Shown in pieces: positions 58,722 to 64,000 of a DNA stretch of 64,000 nucleotides. A model generated the notes under the pieces. The model worked only from the letters and a program-made list of their open reading frames with translations. It did no database searches and had not been told where the DNA came from. A program made the translations under genes and the position numbers. Numbering within the stretch: the first letter of the stretch is position 1; each line of letters begins with the position of its first letter. Origin of the DNA: the human T2T-CHM13v2.0 reference genome, Homo sapiens. The DNA is taken from the NCBI RefSeq assembly GCF_009914755.1, contig NC_060931.1; one strand, given 5' to 3'.

Positions 58722-60279
58722 TGAGTTATAAGGGACAGTTAGTAGCTGGCAATGTCATGAGACTTCATGAACGAGATGAGTTTTTAATGAGTTGATTTTA
58801 AACTACTTTCCTCTCCATTTTGGTTCCTGATGGCACTAGCATATCAGGCTAATGGTGAATGCCTAATGAATGACGTTGCCTGGAAAACTGGTAAAAACCA
58901 GATTAAAGTATGCTCCTGCCAAGCACTGGCTTAGTTAAATGAATGTAATCGGAGAAAAGGAATCCTCGGAAATGTGAGAAAACTACACAAAACAATCGCA
59001 TTGGGGGATGAGCCAGAAGCTGACCGTGAAAATGAGGCTCTAGATACACAGTCACTCAAGTGCTTTTTCAAAACTGAACTTCCATATCTCTTTGGCCCTA
59101 TCCCAATATGGAAGGACTATAGTAGATAAACATCTGAATGAGAAAATGAATATTATGCCATACTGATTCTACCAGGTTTATACAGCTGTGGACCAAGTGA
59201 GTCAACAGTAATATGCCTTTAAAAATTGAACAAACGTGAAACAAAATGTCTTCAGGAAATAAGATTTAACCTGCAGGTTTAACTAGCCACATTTTCCCCA
59301 CGAAAAAGAGCCACTAAAATATGTATCTGGAACCTTCGTGGAAGCAAGTCAAAGGAATTTGAAGGAAAAGCTGAAGGAATCACATGGAGCCATGCATGAA
59401 ACAATGGGACCACCTAGTGTCATCTGAACTTTTCCACTAAAGGGCTTATCATCACCCAGTTTCCTCTTGCCTATGGTGTACGACTAGTGACTGAGTAGAG
59501 GGCTGGGTAGGAAAAAACATCCATTTCTATTTGGGATTTGGAGTTTGGGTGGAAGTAGAACAAGATAACAACTGTCACCAGGATCTATTACCTTCTGATA
59601 AGCTCTGGAAGGACCTGGTGCTCATCTGACTGTTCACAGATCCTTTTTATCAAGACTGTTATTCAGCTAATCCAGATGTCCTACTGAAACTGATTATTTT
59701 TTTCAACCTAGTGTCTTCTTTTGGTCAAAATCCTTACCTAATTTTCAAACAGAACCAAAATAATAACCAGTGCCTGCAAAACTTTTTGTGTCAAAAGTTC
59801 TTATTCTCTAAGCACTTGGGGAATTATTTACGCAAGGCTCGTGTACAGATCTACATGTCCTAGGCTAACAACAGCTAGAGAGCCTTTAGGATATTTAATT
59901 TGCTTTTCAAATGCAATGAAAATAAAGTTTTTTTAACATATTTTCTTCTTTTATTGAAAGTATTATTCTGAAAAGAGGACAAAGGAAACTTATAGGTAGA
60001 AAAAGCAAATAGTACAGAAAAAAAGAAATGCTAGAGAAGACAGGGTTTCAGTACTACAGTCCAGTTAAGACAGTTTGAATATGGATACACCAGAAAGAGA
60101 AAGAAACAATAGAATTAGCAAGAATGGTGAAAGAAGAAAAAAAAATGTGTCTTTTGCATAATATGCTAATTTATCACAATAACTTCTGATCCCTTGTAAG
60201 GATTCCATGTCCTCTTTCTTCAATGCCTTGACGCTAATAGATCCTAAATACTAACCTAGAAGACTGACTTTACTCAAAC

Positions 60280-60960
60280 CTTTCCTTTTGCTAGTATAAT
60301 TCTCTATTAAAGCAAGTGTAATGTTTGATTATATTTTAATAAGCCACTATATACCTTGATTTTGAAACATAAAAATGTCACAAGCAAAATTAAAATGCAA
60401 GTGACAAACTTCAAAAAATATATTTTAAATTAATAAATACAGATACCCTTAATATAGAAAGAGTTGACACAAATTACTAAGAAATGTTATTAAGATTCTG
60501 GTCAAAATACAGACATGAGCAGATAATACTCAGAAGAAAACTACCAGTGGCCTGTTCAATCTCATAGTAATTTGCAAATTAAAAAATGAAATACAATTCT
60601 TTAGTGATAATGTTCAAGACTGGTCATAATATTCAAGGTGCAGAGATAGGCTTTCTATTTCATACCTAGTAAAAGTTTAAATAAGTATAACTTTTGTGAA
60701 AAGTTATTTGTAATATGCCCTGAAATGTAGAGCTTTCAGCTTAGTAGTTAAACTACTACTGGAATATTATTAAGGACAATAACAGATATGAAATAATACA
60801 CTCACAAGTGTAGTTATTAAAGAATTATTTGTAATAATGAAAAACAGAAATAATCTATTTTTCATGAGGAAAGTTTTTAAAATGAGTTTGTAGAAGATTT
60901 AATAAAATGAGGAAATACATATGATATTGTTTACATAAGTAAATACAATTTTAAATATAT
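60280..60960 (+). mobile_element. Very degraded L1ME ORF2-end/3' fragment
   Basis: 'gcaagtgacaaact', 'gacatgagcagataat', 'tgttcaatctcatagtaatttgcaaattaaa'. Confidence 0.5.
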
Positions 60961-61271
60961 GCCCCCATATGGTTATGAATCTAATTATGTGTTTTAAACT
61001 GTATTTACCAGGGTCGGTTTCCTTGTGAATATGTACTTTGGAAATTGCCAAGTGTTTGAACATTTCAATGGCATTTAATTTTCCCCCAAATTCAGTTTTT
61101 ACAGTGCCTGGAACTTATTACGCTGATGTCTGCATAATGTGTGTCTTTGTTTTTGTATTTTTTTAACTCATTTAATCACAGGGCCAAGTCACTGCCAGAT
61201 TCCCCAATCTATTTTTAATTGGTCTAAAACTTTGATTTTCAAATAAACAAGCATTACTTTATCATACCCTT

Positions 61272-61596
61272 TGAGACAGCCAGGTGGGAGGGGGTCTCAG
61301 AAAACCTCCAACCAGCCTGGGCACTGGGGTGAGGCCTCGGGAAGTTCACACCATTTTCAGCCAGGAGGAGTCAGGCCTCTCCTCTGTCTACGTGGACCTG
61401 GGATTCGAACAGCCAGGCAGGAAGCACTCTACCAGGGACTCTGGCCTAGCAAGAATCCCTGTTTCCCCTTTTTCTTCCTTTTCACCCAATAAAACCCTGT
61501 CTTACTCACCATTCAAATTCTCTGCGAGCCTGAATTTTCGTCGGTGTGGGACAAAGAACCCCGTCTTTAACTGAACTAAGGAGAAGTCCTTCAATA
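61272..61596 (+). mobile_element. MER61 (MER61A-like) ERV1 solo LTR
   Basis: 'tgagacagccaggtgggagggggtc..ctccaaccagcctg', polyA signal 'cccaataaaaccctg', ends 'ctgaactaaggagaagtccttcaata'; imperfect TSD cctt/tctt. Confidence 0.85.
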
Positions 61597-61987
61597 TCTT
61601 CAATCCCTTCATCTTCCTAGCACCAGATGCTGGTTTTCTTTTCAGGATGACTTTTACAAATAAACTGAAGTGCTTGTTACTTTATAAGAGTAAGAAATTT
61701 GGAGAAAAAAATAGAAAAAAACTTCTCTCACATGCAGCAAACTTTAAATTATTCCAGAAAAGTGAAATCCTGAGTCTTAAATCAAATGCAGAAGGTCTTC
61801 TGAATAGAAATATTCATCAAAAGGGGCTGGGAGGTGCAAATTATGCAGTGGTTATCTGCGTCAAAGGAGTACTGAAGATTTAATTATTTATACTTTTTTT
61901 AAAATTTGATTAACATCTGTTGTATTTATAATTATAATGTAATTAAATTAATTATAATCATAAACCAACCTTTGTTTCTGATTCTAG

Positions 61988-62242
61988 AGGCAGTAGAGCT
62001 TAATGGTCAGAGCACTCATTCTAAAGCCCAGTGGGCTGGTTCATATCCTGCCTCCATTGTGACTTCTTGAACAAGTTATTTATCCTCTCTGTGCCTCAAT
62101 TTTCTCATCTGTAAAGTAGGGATAATCACATTACCTACATCATTGGGTTGTTGTGACAATTACATGAGTAAGTTATGTGAAGCACACAGAACAGTGCTTG
62201 CCAAATAACACTGTATAACCAAATGTGCGCTATAATTATTTT
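61988..62242 (+). mobile_element. MIR (near full length)
   Basis: 'aatggtcagagcac..caagttatttatcctctctgtgcctcaattttctcatctgtaaagtagggataat..gggttgttgtga..agaacagtgcttg'. Confidence 0.85.
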
Positions 62243-62379
62243 GTTCTAAATAAATGTGTTCTAGAATGCTCTAAAAACTAAATGATCTAACATTTTAAAG
62301 TTACAACTAATTTTGGAAGATAGAGGTTTTCAAGGATTGGTTAAAACTTGTACCACTGTCATTTACGTGGATTTTACAT

Positions 62380-62600
62380 TGTGCTGGAGACTACCATAAA
62401 CATTTTATGGACATTTGTTCATTTAATTCTCACAGAAAATTTTGAGTTATATTTTATCACCATCATTTTATAGACAAGGAAACTGGATAAACAGAGGTTT
62501 AGAAATCTGCCTAACTAGGTCACAGACAATGGAAGAAGAATGCCAGAATTCAAACCCAGGTCTTCCTGCCCCCAAGATTAATGTTCCTAACTATTCTGGG
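62380..62600 (-). mobile_element. MIR
   Basis: Antisense 'catttaattctcac..cattttatagacaaggaaactg..ggtcacag..gaattcaaacccaggtct'. Confidence 0.75.
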
Positions 62601-64000
62601 CAATTAAGATTTGTGATAGGTATACTACACTAGTCCTAGCTATAACTAAAATGTGTATTCTTCAAAATTTTGTCTGAATATTAGTAATTAGAGATCAATT
62701 GATATTCATGCTTTGTTATTTCAGTAAAGAGGTCATCTATTATAATCACTGAATATGAGTCATGCCTATGAAAAATCTAGTTGTTTACACAATACTGCAT
62801 AATCCTATCACCACTATTTCCAGGGCAACTTTTACCAAAAGGCAATGCCAGGAGAAAATAAACAGTCTCTCATGGCTTAGTTTCACAAGCTTAAACCTAT
62901 AAAATCATGAGAGGATATAAAAAATCCAATGATAGAGTTGCTGCTGCAGGTGTGCAAGTTTGTTGTTGTTGCTCCTATATTCTGATGTAACATTTGAAGT
63001 ATAGTACAGACAATAAACTTGGTTCAGTGACTTGAATACTTAGGCAGTCTGACTCTAGTAAACTGAATGTCTATTGAGTGAGTGTTCAAGATGAAAAATA
63101 TTTGAGGGCCTGTTTCTTATTCTGGCAACTGATGAATGGGAAGCTCCACTCCCCATCCCCAAATATGTGTGGATTGATGGGGCTTCAGAATTAAGACATA
63201 GAGAAGGAAAAGTCGCCATATACTACTTTAAAGGGTTAACGAGCAGTCCGGGAAAAGATGCTCACCTTAGATGTCAGCAGCACCTCTCAAGGATGTGCCG
63301 TGTATTCTAACGAAGATGTTCTTGGAAAACTCTTTACTAAGAAAAGAACTAGCAAAGAATTGACAAAGCCTTGAAATTATCTTGTCCCTCCTACAAATCG
63401 CAAGCTCTTCATTAAAGGCATCAGAACACGTTCTAACAAGAAATTTTCAGCTTAGAGTGGTTGTTCTGCCATTCTGCCACTCTCCATGTTAAGGCCATTC
63501 CAGGGAGGGTAGATTCTATGATTAAGGCGATTAAGGTAATCAGCCAGGCTGACTCAAACACTCAATCTAGCTGCTGCCAGTGGACCTGCTGGTAATCACC
63601 AGAAGAGTATGCGTTGGAGGAGAATTTCTCTCTACAAGTACTCTTGTGTTTGTTAAAGTTGAAACTAAGTTGGACAAAGAACTGTGCTTGAAAGTTTCCA
63701 GCTCTATAAATTGTAACTTCCATAAAATGTATCCCTGACTAACAGTCCCCTGACCACATACCAGGGGTTATGCTTCTGGAGTCTGTACCCCTTTCTAATA
63801 AACTGCTCTGGACACAATGAACCCTGAATTAATTGTTGTAACAGGTTAATGGATAAGGTAACAAAAAAAACCTCCATCTTTAACTAATGAAGGTTACTTA
63901 AATCTTATTTTTCTATCACCAAGGCCACCATCTTGGTGATATGACTCAAGGGTCGATTAAAGCTACCACCCCTCGAATTTTTTTTTTTTTTGGTACCAAG

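Noticed and set aside
61272-61596. p53 response element in the MER61 LTR
   Set aside because: Some MER61 subfamilies carry p53 sites, but I see no paired RRRCWWGYYY in this copy.

Overview
Primate, most likely human, non-coding genomic DNA. It is AT-rich, CpG-depleted and largely made of transposon relics; an AluYb8-lineage copy at 21994-22303 points to human. I find no supportable host protein-coding exon, tRNA/rRNA gene or CRISPR array. The longer ORFs are broken LINE-1 ORF1/ORF2 remnants, their antisense shadows, Alu translations, or artefacts of (TA)n low-complexity DNA. Content: one near-full-length old primate L1 (minus strand), three 5'-truncated L1PA copies, many L1M/L2/MIR relics, solo LTRs (MaLR, THE1, MER57, MER61), DNA-transposon fossils (MER47A, MER46C, MER5A, MER96B-like) and seven Alu-family copies. 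I see no evidence for a new multi-gene system. The most unusual structure is a set of mutational scars: (i) a two-template inverted duplication around a ~360-bp almost pure A/T tract (19980-20777); (ii) a triple fold-back templated insertion in an MLT1 LTR (21269-21330); (iii) a ~730-bp quasi-palindromic TA-rich VNTR inside an L1 ORF2 (11648-12373); (iv) an L1 whose target-site duplication encloses ~125 bp of non-L1 DNA, a candidate 3' transduction; and (v) two Alus stacked at one endonuclease site. Candidate regulatory and cryptic-exon signals are reported at low confidence. Subfamily names come from recalled consensus motifs and the boundaries of old repeats are approximate; both need RepeatMasker/Dfam confirmation.
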